A stretch of DNA of 63,509 nucleotides, counting the filler, from Chiloscyllium plagiosum (Eukaryota): the NCBI RefSeq assembly GCF_004010195.1. It is 5 parts of one record of this genome, joined end to end, with 100 filler letters (N's around TTAATTAATTAA, not from the genome) between each part and the next. Parts side by side here need not be neighbours in the genome. Positions count along the whole stretch, not along the records: positions 18,654 to 47,828 come from NC_057711.1; positions 47,929 to 52,893 come from NC_057711.1; 3 more parts are not named here. One strand, written 5' to 3'. Each line of letters starts with the position of its first letter. Position 1 is the stretch's first letter. This document shows, one piece after another, positions 39,101-51,094 of the stretch. Position numbers and translations under genes: made by a program. The notes beneath the pieces were generated by a model. The model saw only the letters and a program-made list of their open reading frames with translations. It was not told where the DNA came from and searched no databases.

Positions 39101-39684
39101 TTTAGAAATTGCTTATTATTCTTAAAGTTAATTCTCAGGATGTAAGTGACATTTTTCAACCTTATTTTCTGATGGATGGTATAGGTATTCCTACATCCAT
39201 GCAATTATTACCCTCCATTGTAAAGTATGGTCTTTAAAGCAAGAATTGATTTATAAATGATTAAAGTGATAGGTTTTGATTTAAAATATATGAAAATAGT
39301 AATATTAATCAGAATTTTCTCTAATAATTTAAAGATTCCATTTAGCAATAAATTTATGAAATAGACTATGCACAAGACCAGGTTTGCATAAACTGTTCAT
39401 AGAATAATTCATAAGAATACCAATGTAAAGAAAACATTATGTTTATACCAAATGAGAGGAGATTGCTAAGTAGTTAGCAAGTGGATCCTGAATGGTTGGA
39501 AGCATTATAATGGAGAATGCATCAATTTGGTGATGACTGAAAACTAATTGCCAAGCTTTGTTTAAATTTTAAATCAGGAAAGCTGACTGTCTTTGGTCAA
39601 GGTATTGCCATGAAGAATGAACCAGAGGATGGTCTGTTATTTTATTATGTTGAAAGAGGAGCAGTCTGTGTACATATTCCTTAT

Positions 39685-39778
39685 CTGAAAATGTGTTGCT
39701 GGAAAAGCGCAGCAGGTCAGGCAGCATCCAGGGAACAGGAGAATCGACGTTTTGGGCATAAGCCCTTCTTCAGGAATC
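39685..39778 (-). mobile_element. 94-bp PLE pLTR insertion with exact 14-bp TSD
   Basis: TACATATTCCTTAT at 39671-39684 and 39779-39792. Hammerhead GAAA is mutated to AAAA. Confidence 0.9.
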
Positions 39779-42616
39779 TACATATTCCTTATGTCAGCAA
39801 AGAACAGGGTCCTGTGTATTAATATATGTAGTTTCCAATACATGCAAGTGCAAACCAATGCTAGTGGCAACTGACAATCTTGAATTGATTGTCAGCATAA
39901 TGTTTTCCATGTTCAAAATAAAACTCAACAATGTCTAACAATTGTTGTGATTCCACAATTGGATAACATTTTCAAAATCGTCCTGAGCATAAAGTGAAGA
40001 ACTTTGACAAAATGTACATTTTTTTGAGCAATACTCAAGTTCACACTACCAAGTGACTATTTATAACGAGTTAATAAATAACATGTTCAAAATACTAGCC
40101 ACACCACATTTTGCAACTTACAAGTAATCGATAATAAATGAATAGAATTTCTTTAAAAGATTATTACAAATTAGATGTCACATATTTAATTTGAAAGCAT
40201 AGATAATATACAATTAAACTGCCAAGCTTATTTAAGAAATAACACTAGTACACATTAGTTATAGCCGTTATAGGGTAATAATCTAGATACTGATTCAGAA
40301 CATGAAGCTATTGTATAATTTTAATCTTGAGTCCAGGGTAAGTACACAGCGAGAATAGTTCCCAAAAAATTAAACAACAGCTTTTTGTTTCAATTTAGCC
40401 ATGACTATAATTCTAAAAATGTGCTAATCAAATAATTAAAATTGCGTTCCTTACATTCAGCTCTTACCACCTTTAATCTTTTGTTTCTATTTTTTATCTC
40501 ATGAGATTAACGTTATGTGTTTAATCCTTTTTCAAATCTAGTTTTGTTAGGACATTTAGGAAGCCTGGAGTAATGAGTTCACCATCTGTGGAGAGTGGTG
40601 CTTGCTGAACTGTGTGGCCTCTGAGCAGTTCTGTAATTTGTGAAAGAGTAGGGGGTGGCAAATTTAGCCATCACATTGCCCAGGTGGCCGCTATAAGAGC
40701 ACTAGGGTATGAAGGTCATGCACAAAGTCATGCTCTACTGTGCATTTATTTGTAAAATCCTCTCTAGTTACAACACATGACCATGTACCACAGGGGTGCC
40801 ACACAACCCACAATGTCATTGAAATACCAATTTCATTAAGGTAGTTTCATCTTATCAGGTTACGTCTGAAGTAGTGACCAGCTCATTTAAAACAAAGGCA
40901 ATTTGACCTCTCCCTCTATCTAAGAACATGAAACAGATGGACCTGAACTGACTCACTTCCAACCACTGACAAAACTCTTAAATATTTTTTAATATAATTC
41001 TACAGATAAACATCACGTTCAAACTATAAAGATTATCCTATGTCCCTATTACACAACTTTTAGAAGTTTTATGCTAAATTGTTCTTTTAGTCGTTGTTAA
41101 TTTTGCTTTCATTCCTTTAACCCCCAATGTAAGAATGATCTCTGTTCAGCAACTAAATCTGACAAAGTTAAACTTTTTCAGTTTACTCTACAAATATTAC
41201 TAATCCTCTGGGGTTTCAATGCCATTCCTTTAGCATTATATTTCCATATGGGTCAAGGTTATCTAAATTGAAGTCCATTCACACTACTATTATTTACTGA
41301 CATGAATCATATTTGTGTAATAAAACTATATTTTTAAATTATTGATTCATTAATATTGGTTTCTTTTGCCACTTTTAATAGAGAAAAAGCATCACAAAAC
41401 ATTTGACTCAAAATTATTACTGTTAAGTGAATGTTTAATGCAGGTGAAAGCTGTAATCACCAAACATAATGTAAAGGGCTACAGTATTCCAAACTGCACA
41501 ATTTCCCTCTTTATTTCCCTGAAGCTGTAACACATGCTGGGATATGCTTCCACAGATGATGGCAACCTACCAGCATCTTTCCCAAGTGGTCATTCTTCAT
41601 GTGTGGGCCTGGACAGTGACTGTCAGCAAGCTATTTGGCAGTGGAAGAGAAATGATAGCGTGGCTCGATCACATGTTTAGCTGAGGTCACACATAGATTT
41701 TCCAACAAGAGTGAGTGGTCAGTCATCAGAAATGGGAATCTTGGGCTATCTGATTTGTCTCCTTATTTGTTTATAATCTACAAATCAGACAATTGTACTG
41801 ATCAAATTACACAGAGTTGCATAAGAATCACAATAGTAAAACAATTTATCTTGATGTCTAATTTTCCACACACACAGTAGTCAATAGCCCACGTAACTAG
41901 GGCAGTCCCCTCATTCTCTTTCTTTTATTAACCTTACAATGTATTCTTAAATGTTGACAAGGTCTTTGCTTAAATCAGTTATTTTGCATGTGCAACACAT
42001 GGGTGGACAACCATGTGTACAGGAACCTTGTAACTGTAAACCAAGTTATGCAAAGCTTCAGATTTCCCTAAGAAAAATAATCGGAACAGTAGGGATGGGA
42101 TTATCCCTGGGTCAGGAAGCCTGATTTTTTTTTTATTCAATCAGAGCACGTGGGCGTCATTGGCTAGGTCAGCATTGAACATTGCTAATTGTCCCAGAGA
42201 ATGTACTAGTGGGCTGCCTTTTCAAACTGGTGCAGTTCAGGGGCACAGGTATGCCCATAATGCAGTGTAGAAGGGAGCTCTAGGATTTTGATCCAGTAAT
42301 AGTGAAGGAATAGTGATTTAATTCCAAGTTAGCATGGCATGGAGGAGGATTTGCATAAAAGGTTGCTTCCAAGGGTCTGCATGCCTTTCTCCTTCTACGT
42401 AGTAGAATTCACAGGTTTGATAGGATGTTTTGCCTCAGAGAGATGCCAACCAATTAGAGACAGTCAGAGACATGCCTAACAGGTTGAACACTTGGCATGT
42501 GCTTCTATGATAAATTCCAATAATGGGGTGGTGAAGGTGGTGAGTTCCTTGAAACGCATTAACTGTTCTCTTAAAAGTGGAAGTTGGCCCATTTCAATGC
42601 AGGTTACTGTAGTAAT

Positions 42617-42835
42617 TGTAATGAGGCAAACCAGATGAACATCATACAATATGACTTCCCTGACTGCGGCTGATAATCTGGTTTAATCAGGGAACACTGG
42701 CTGACAGATAAAAAAGAGGAATGTCATTTATTCTGACACTCTGGCTCTGAGGGAGCTAAACCAGTGTTAAGAGCTTTCCACATATAATAAAAGGTGACTT
42801 GGTGACAGGAAACCAGCCTCAGTGAAGTTACTTCA
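42617..42835 (+). mobile_element. Short solo LTR
   Basis: TGTAAT...TTACTTCA termini, AATAAA, and 5-bp TSD GTAAT/GTTAT with one mismatch. Confidence 0.55.
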
Positions 42836-45515
42836 GTTATCCACTATCATTGCTGCTACTGGTTTAATTGTGGTGAGAGACAGTGGGCAGACAATCTACT
42901 GAATTTAATGACCATCTCAAATCCATTGACAAGGGAAAATAAAATCTAGCCTTATGTCCTGCTGCAATCTGAATGAGATTGACTACTTCAGCACAGTTCA
43001 ACAATCAAGTCTGGAGCTCTGGTCTGGAGAGATTGATGTCACATGATGCAATGCACTTATAGCCTATTGGTGAATTGATTTAACACTTGCAGAATCAGTG
43101 TGAAAGGTTCTTCAATTACGAATACTTTGGAACTGATCTGCAGAAATTTAGGGTGGAATCTTACTTTTATTTCACAAGTTGAGTTGAGTTTTTTGCAGAA
43201 TTCCTCACTGTGTGGGCTGGTGGGTTCTTTCATCATACCTTACCAAACTCACCATATGAATAAGCTTGCCTGCTTCATGACTCATGCTGGCTCCAGCTTA
43301 ACACACACTGTTCCCAGTGCAGCATGTCACTCAGAGGATATTCTGGCATCTACTGGTTTCCCTCATGCCAACGTCACTTTTAAGCCCACTGTACACTCTA
43401 ACAAGCACTGTCAGTCCAGAGCTGCCCTGCAAGATTCCTGACACATGCCCACACATAGCAGACTGAGAAAACTGGCACCAGCTATGTGGTCAGGGAACTG
43501 GAGGTCCTAGAGTAGTCCAAATGTGGAGCTTCCTCTTTCCCGAGGACTAGAAATGCAGGTCAAGTCACTAGACCATGGTCTGAAATTGTCATCTGGGTAA
43601 AAAACAATATCACCATCGAGAAGAATGTGCAACTATGCCAGAATATTGCTGTGTAGGAAGAAGGCCAGTCTCCACTCTACCAGCCTATGTACCGCTGTCT
43701 TTCTTCAATACCTCACACTCACTCTATCTCTGCTACTGCACCCATTTCTCACCAAAGCTCATGCTGTGCCACTCTCAATAATTCCTACAACATCAGACCT
43801 CACTTTGTGCTCCCACTCAAGCCCCTGACAGCACTAACCTTGTGTGTTTTCTGTACTGTCTGATCACTTGGCTCAGGGCACCTCCTCACCTGCACCAAAA
43901 GTAACAGCTGCTCCATCGATTTTCATTTCCTTTAATAACTGCATCCCTCTGATTCCAAGGAGAAAACATCCCACAATAATATGGAGCAATTCAAGAAAGG
44001 TGATGGCCTGCCAAACATTCAGCTCAGATCAGATCAGATGGGCCAATGGGCCAAGGAGTGGCAGATGGAGTATAATTTAGATAAATGTGAGGTTCTGCAT
44101 TTTGGAAAGGCAAATCAGGGTAGGACTTAGACAGTTAATGGTAAGTGTTGCTGAGGAGTGTTGCTGAACAAACAATCTTGGAATGCAGGTGATGGAAGTT
44201 GTGGATTTGGAAGGTGTAATCCTTTTTTTAACCAAAGCATAACAGATTGAAATCAGAGAAGGAACGATTTTCAATTCTGAACACTACTGGTCGATGGTAG
44301 TTTTACAAAAATGAGTTCTTTCCGTTGATTAGATAGTCAATTGAGAAAAACAAAATTATAATTTGTGAATAATGTACTGAAACAATGAAGGCAGAATACC
44401 TGTGCACTTTTTGTAGCAAAACTTAAAACTGACTCATTATAAATGGGCTACATCTAGCACACAGAGGAAATCTTATTGCAATACCAATGTACTGCATAGT
44501 GGTTAGTCACAAAATAGCTCTTTCACATTCACTAAGATAAGGCAGATGAATTATTAGAAAATTTGTCCCTGAGAATTACAGAATTTGCTGCCTCTATTGT
44601 AGAACTGTAGTTCAGAAATTTAAGTACCGTCCTACCAGCTATGGGAGAATGCACTTTGAGCAATAGGTCTAGCTGAAAATTGTGCCTTTGGAATCCAAGT
44701 GCAACTGAAGTGGACCACCCACCCTTTCCCATACCTCCCTTTACATCCACCTTACCCTAATTCCAGTTTTCCATTGCAGGATGTCTTTTTTACCAATGGT
44801 GGCAGTTAAAAATCACCTCAAGAGTAAGTTCCCTTACAAGGTGTTTGAAAGGTAATAGTTCTGATGCCAATTACCCATTTATGACTATGTATGCTTGTGA
44901 AAGGGGATTATTTTACAGAAAGCATTGTGACAACCAGAATTTGTTTACGAGAAGAGTTCTGATATGCACAGATTGCAAACATCATTTTCGATGTGTACAG
45001 ATTCAGGCCAAAGAACACTTCTCAATTTGACTAAGCAGTTACGAAGCTGAATATTTTCTTTGATGTTTTGAAGCACTGCAGTGCAAATGCATGATTCTGT
45101 ATTATTGAAGTTCTGAAGCACAGCAGGAGAGAAGACTAGAGTGTTTGCCAGACAATTTGAAAACTGTAATAAGATGTCTTGTCACATTGTCTTGAGGAAA
45201 CCCGGAAAGTTAGGAAAGGAAACTGGATATATCTATCAGGAGAAAGTTCTCACCGAACCCCAATAGATAAATCATAAATAATAGCCACTTACTGGCAATG
45301 TTAAAGATGGCAGTGAAATAGGCATAAAGTTGCCTGTTGACTGTGGTATGTTTGAATTTTAAATTTAAGACAATAGGTTCATGATAGAAATTTGTGTCTG
45401 TCACTGGATCAATGTCCATTTAGTTTCATTGAGCTGAACTATCAATGTCAAGCAATTTTGCAATACTTTATAAGGTGTATTTTGTATAAAAACATATTAA
45501 TGCAAATGAAATATT

Positions 45516-45807
45516 GGATGGAATTTTATAGCCCAATGTTGACCCTGGCCATAGGCAGACTGGGTGATGTTGGGGGATGGAGGGAGGGAGTGGTGCTCAT
45601 TTATTTGATTAGGAAGTCCCTCTACCAAGACCTGGAGGGCATACATGGATACTACCATGGTTTACTGGGTGGCTCCTCTTTAGGGCCAAGGGCCCAACTT
45701 TAGCTGGTAAAATACCATGACAGTGTGAAGATGAACCTTCCCTTGTCATTTTATGGGTAAGCACCCTGCCTCCCAGTCCAACCTAGATAGCTGGTAAAAC
45801 CGAGTCC
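45516..45807. mobile_element. Harbinger-type MITE, degenerate
   Basis: Imperfect TIRs GGATGGAATTTTA and TAAAACCGAGTCC with 3-bp TSD ATT. Similar GGGTGGAATTTT starts occur at ~34093, ~43151 and ~21356. Confidence 0.45.
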
Positions 45808-46474
45808 ATTATTTATGAAAATTGAAGCAATTTTACAAGAGGGAAGGCCTCATCAATAGTCTCACATAACTATGTGAAATGGAAGAGACTTGAATCTCCC
45901 AAACACTACAAACACTGCTCTTCCAACAATATAAATATTGGCACCACATACCAATCCACTGTGATAGTTCTTAGAGTGTCACTCATTTGCAGCTCTATTT
46001 TAAAACCATTCCATTGCATGGGCAATGTAACGATTATTCAGAAGTAATGCCACAGCATCAAAGGATGGTAAAGTACTATAGAATAATGCATTATAATTCA
46101 GATCAAGCAAAATAATATCAGGCAATCACAATGGCATCTGACATGCTAGGAAGCAGATCAGTGAAGCAAAACGTCATAACATAAGGTGTTCTATTTATGA
46201 TTGACACTCTGATTTCTATGTTTATAAAGTACACTGAGTATCCCACAAAGTTTCAGTTGCAAATATTTCATTTTTTAAAGCAATTTCTCACAAAACCATG
46301 TGTAAAGCATATAAGAGTATTCAGATACAAATTAAGTTTGATTTCATTCAGATTGAACTGGTCTAAGAGACTAAATCAAAAGCTCACAAATCAATTGTTA
46401 GCTCATGTGGTCTCAAATTTAGGCTCTCCAAACTAACACGAACCAGGAGTTTAAAATTGGGTTTCAAATATATA

Positions 46475-46617
46475 GAGCTGAAAATGTTTTGCTGGAAAAG
46501 CGCAGCAGGTCAGGCAGCATCCAGGGAACAGGAGAATCGACGCTTCTTCAGGGCTGCGCTTTTCCAGCAACACATTTTCAGCTCTGATCTCCAGCATCTG
46601 CAGACCTCACTTTCTCC
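46475..46617. mobile_element. Mini inverted PLE pLTR (family A) with 13-bp TSD
   Basis: TTTCAAATATATA at 46462-46474 and 46618-46630. Minus arm then plus arm. Hammerhead stem II and GAAA are deleted. Confidence 0.85.
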
Positions 46618-46849
46618 TTTCAAATATATACCTAGCCCTTGTATGTCTCTTCTAATTCTTGCCACCTACATTCCTACTTTATAACAGTGATTTTCCTTCA
46701 GTTGGCTGTAAAATGCTTTGTGACATCCGGTGGTTATGAAAGGCACCATATGATTGCAACTCTTTCTTTCTTTTTATATATAGTGTATGCACAAGCACAA
46801 TATGCGTACACAAACACATAGATGCACAGCCATCAGCTGTGGTTTCTAT

Positions 46850-47200
46850 ATCAGCCATGGCTCATTTCCTCTTCTCTGAGTCACGTTCTGGATTTAAGTC
46901 TAACTCCAGGACTTGAGCACAAAAGTCAAAGCTGACTTTCCAGTGCAGTGCTGAGTGAGTACAGAAGTGTCAGAAGTGTCACCTCTTAGATTAGAAATTT
47001 AAGCCGATGCCTGATTGATCTGCTCAGGTGCATAGCAATATTTTGGAAAAAAACCAGGCGAGTTAACCCCAGTATCCTGACTAATATTTTATCCTCAATC
47101 ATCATCACAAAAGCACACATTACTGGTCATTATCACATTGATGTTTGTGGCAGTTTGCAATGTACTTGTTGGTTGTTGCAGTTCCTATGATATGACACTG
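46850..47200 (+). mobile_element. DeuSINE (SacSINE1-like), with a separate 3' tail at ~46655-46775
   Basis: Deu-domain-like tcctgactaatattttatcctcaa...ctggtcattatcacattgatgtttgtgg, and tail ggctgtaaaatgctttg...tgaaaggc...tctttctttc. Confidence 0.65.
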
Positions 47201-47559
47201 ATTAGACTTAAAACTATGAAACACTGAGAGAGTCCAATACTCATGAAACATGTCATATGAATGCAAATCTAATTTTATTTCTTCTGAATACATACAAACA
47301 ACACAAACACAAAATGGCATATTTCGTCACTCATTTGAGCCACTTCTTTAGCAATTCCCATAGAGAGTCCAGCTAAATACCTTGCAGAAATTCACAAATA
47401 TTGCCAGTTAGAGTGATGAATATAATGTTTGATCGTGTAATACATTGTTTTCCGCATAATGTATTAAAAGCAGTGCCACAGCTGATGAATAACATTCTCC
47501 AAACGTCGAACTTTAAAATTAGGAATTTATTTTTCAACATTAAATATCTGATTATAAAT

Positions 47560-47828
47560 AGAGTCATAGAGTCATAGAGATGTACAGCATGGAAACAGAC
47601 CCTTCGGCCCAACCCGTCCATGCCGACCAGATATCCCAACCCAATCTGGTCCCACCTGCTAGCACCTGGCCCATATCCCTCCAAACCCTTCCTATTCACA
47701 TACCCATCCAAATGTCTCTTAAATGTTACAATTGTACCAGCCTCTACCACATCCTCTGGCAGCTCATTCCATACATGTACCACCCTCTGCGTGAAAATGT
47801 TGCCCCTTAGGTCTCTTTTATATCTTTC
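47560..47828 (-). mobile_element. CR1 (HER1-like) 3' end, cut by spacer
   Basis: Near-identical to 9192-9470. Confidence 0.9.
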
Positions 47829-47928
47829 NNNNNNNNNNNNNNNNNNNNNNNNNNNNNNNNNNNNNNNNNNNNTTAATTAATTAANNNNNNNNNNNNNNNN
47901 NNNNNNNNNNNNNNNNNNNNNNNNNNNN
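47829..47928. other. Artificial contig spacer
   Basis: N44-TTAATTAATTAA-N44. Confidence 0.97.
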
Positions 47929-48851
47929 TGAATATTTAAGTCCCTTAAATGCTTCTTCGCCTCGTTGAATGCCTTCCTCTTTCGAACCAGAGCCGGGGAA
48001 AAGTCCTGAAATAGCATGATCTTGGATCCTTTGTAGATCATGGCTTGGGGGTCTTTTCCAAGATTTCTGGAGGTTTCTAGGAGTATCTGCCTCTCCTTGT
48101 AGCTCTGCAGCCGGAACAGGACCGGGCGTGGGCGCTGGTTCGAGCCGGGCCCACGTATTGCGACCCGGTAGGCCCATTCCACCCTTACCTGGCCTGATCC
48201 AGCTTGCAGACTTAAAAGCCGTGGCAGCCACTGCTCCAGGAACGCTGTAAGCTGGCCTTCCTCTTCCCGTTCGGGAAGGCCCAGCAAACGAATATTTTTT
48301 CGACGACCTCGATTATCGAGGTCGTCAATATGATTTTCCAAGGTTCGGACTCACTGCTCGAGAGTCCGGACCTGATCCACGGCCGATTGAGCGGTATTTT
48401 CGGAGGTCGCGGCCTTTAGCTCCGCTCCTCCGACTCGGCGTTCAATTTCTCGAATCTCTCAGTCGTGCTTCTGCAGCACGGCCGAGAGCGAGTCCCAACG
48501 ATTTCTGGATTCTGCAGTAAAGGCATCGATCTTCGAGTCAAGCTTGGAAAGCATTTCTGCAAGGCTTGTTACTGTTGGTAAGTCCCCCGGGGCGGCTGTG
48601 GATGCCTCTGCTGCAGCTGGAGAGGGTGGGGAAGGGGTTCCTGCTTGCTGAGAGCTGCGGGCTCCCTTCCCTTTAGTCATTTTGACTGAGGATTAAATTG
48701 TTTAAATATAATATTACACAACTAATTAAACTACACAACTATTATAAATGATTTGGTGAGCGTGGTAGGGGGTGGGTGACCCACGTACCCAAGTCTTGGG
48801 AGGAGCACTATAGACTCAGTCTTGCTGGGTCGCCGCCATCTTGGATCCCCC
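47929..48851 (-). mobile_element. L1-clade LINE 5' end: 5' UTR and ORF1 (ATG 48680) with two in-frame TGA stops
   Basis: Starts GGGGGATCCAAGATGGCGGCG. ORF1 reads DDLDNRGRRKNIRLLGLPEREE...RPRPVLFRL...IMLFQDFSPALVRKRKAF. Confidence 0.9.
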
Positions 48852-50449
48852 GTTGTGTGATTTTTAATGAAAGTAAGTGGCCCTTCTGGCCAAAGACATA
48901 AGATTAATGCAAATGGCAGCAATGGTTCCAGCTGGGAATTGTAACTAGCTCCCTAAAGAAAAGGAGCCATAAGCTCAGAGGAAGTTGAGTCCAGAACTGA
49001 AAGATGTTTGAAGACATTTCTGATGAATGAAAGGTCTTGGAATACAGTGAGCAGGCAAATAACTTGGAATGATTTCCGAAAAAAAGTATGTTTGCTGTGT
49101 GCAATGAATTCTTACTGTTCCTAAGATAGGAAAATAGATGATTTTAGACTGATTATCCAAATGTGAACAATGGAAAGGAGTGTCATATGCCAGTTGTACA
49201 TTCCTGAACATTGTGGATGCTCTGTTGTGTTTGGCATTGATTAATTTCACTGTTGTTTTTATGCCCATGACATACACAGTTGGCGGGTGAGATGTCTTGC
49301 CAGTAATGCACATTTATAAAGTTGGCAATTGATGCCAAATTCAATTCTAAATAAATTGTTTGTTTTCTGAGTATGAGAAAAACACAACAATCTTGATTTA
49401 TTCCTGGATGTGTCAGTCAGTTTGGATTCAGGAAGAGGACAGATGAAGGTGCCTGAAGTGACTGAATTTCTATTTATATCTTCCACTGCAAACACCTCTA
49501 TATAACCTCTCTGACTTTGTGTTATCATTCTTGCAGCACTTCATTTAGAAGGATCTGTTGATGAGTGTTTGCAATGCAGAAGATGTCCCTATGCAAAATT
49601 GAAGTCAATGCATGGCGGCATAAGGCAACTTGGGTGATACAAGGAAGATTATACCAAAGGGAGAAATCTTCATTCACTCCACAGATCTTTTGTGAATTTG
49701 CTCATGAGCTTAAAAAAATGACGTGTCTAAGAGAATGTTTATTTGGAATTTCCCTTGGTAGTGTATTCTTTTAGGTTGTGATAAGTAAACTGAAGACCTG
49801 ATTTTCTGGCTTTCATTGAAACTGATGATTGGAGCTGGGTCTGATGTCCTGATTGCTTTCCCCTCACTTTCTGGATGGTCTTTCCGAAGGACTTTAGGAA
49901 TAAACTCACAATTCACCCCATCTGATGCTTTTCTGGCAGATTTACTTGAGTGCTGGTGTTACTGAAGCTTTCGACCAAGCATGCAGGGAACATTTGGATT
50001 CAAGAAATGAGATGATGGTGCCTGCCCTTGACATCAAGGCAACATTTGATTGAATATGGCATCAAACAATGCAAGCAAATTAGTGGTCAATGGAAATCAG
50101 GGCAAAACACTCCAATCGTTACAGTCATATCTAGCACAAAGGAAGAACGTTTGAGCCTTGGAGGGTCATCATCTTAGTCACAGGACAGCACTGCAGGAGC
50201 TCTCATGGATTAGAAACCTTTTATTAACATGCACCTATGGGACCAGGAGTCTGTTGGTTGATCAAATATTCTGGATAATCAAGAGGTATGCATAACTGAA
50301 GTAAACACCGCTGAAGCAAAGCTTCAAGTCATCAACATCCCTCAAAAGATCCATGAAGAAACATCAAGACACCTCCTAAAATCATTGTTAAAAACGAATA
50401 GTAAGTAATAGAAGCGTAATAGGAGTATACACATTGTTGTTACACTTTC

Positions 50450-50577
50450 TTGATGAAGGGCAGTTGCCCAAAACAATGATTTTCCTGCTCCTCAGATGCT
50501 GCCTGACCTGCTGTGCTTTTCCAGCACCACACCCTCGACTCTAATCTCCAGCATCTGCAGTCCTCACTTTCACCTAG
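50450..50577 (+). mobile_element. Solo PLE pLTR (family A) with decayed hammerhead
   Basis: TTGATGAAGGGCAGTTGCCCAAAAC followed by the conserved gatgctgcctgacctgctg block. Confidence 0.8.
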
Positions 50578-50905
50578 ATTTGTTTTCACAGTCAACTCTT
50601 TATTAATTACTTAGGTTCTTGATTAATTGTGTTCAAATTTTAAATACATGTAAAGAAATAGAAAATACAATTTGACAGTGACCCCTCAGTGCCTCTGCAC
50701 TCAGCGAGGGAAACGTCAAGCTGGTCAGAGATGAAACCAATCACACCCTCCCCACTCCATCCCACAGCCAAATGCAAATTGAGTGTAGCATCAAAAGTAT
50801 CTTGCAAGTAGCTTACTCAGTCAGTTATGAACAGTGCACTGTGCATTGTGACTCCCCATCCAGCCCAGTGGTGCGACCATCTTTCCTCTACGACAGAGAA
50901 TGCCC

Positions 50906-51094
50906 TCAAATACTGCTGCTTGGCATGGCTGAAGCTGCCGTTTCCTTTACCTCCTTGTCATCCAGACAGCAACCTGCTAATATGGCTGCTTGGTCCTTAG
51001 CCTCATTGGTTTTCTCAGTCAGTACCTCCTTCTCCTGCTGCTCAATTGAGTCTTCCTCCTCCACTGCTTCTGTGGTGTCGGTGATGCTGGCCAT
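50906..51094 (-). CDS. Candidate acidic first coding exon (48 codons to donor at 50950) or 62-aa small ORF, unidentified gene
   Basis: Strong Kozak agcATGG, upstream in-frame TAA, coding-like composition and donor GAG|GTAAAG, in unique DNA. Confidence 0.4.
   Translation of the reverse strand: MASITDTTEAVEEEDSIEQQEKEVLTEKTNEAKDQAAILAGCCLDDKEVKETAASAMPSSSI

Noticed and set aside
6439..46684. Recurrent MCCWKSAAGQAASREQENRR peptides as a gene family or CRISPR-like array
   Set aside because: They are antisense translations of dispersed pLTR copies, not regularly spaced repeats.
18654..48851. L1 ORF2 half (+) and L1 ORF1 half (-) as one mis-scaffolded element
   Set aside because: The 5' flank (AAAAATCACACAAC) does not reappear after the poly(A) at 20836 (GTGTATCGG), so there is no shared TSD.
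48900..49950. Cluster of short ORFs as host exons
   Set aside because: No consistent frame or splice sites. Faint RTE-like words suggest a decayed LINE but are too weak to call.
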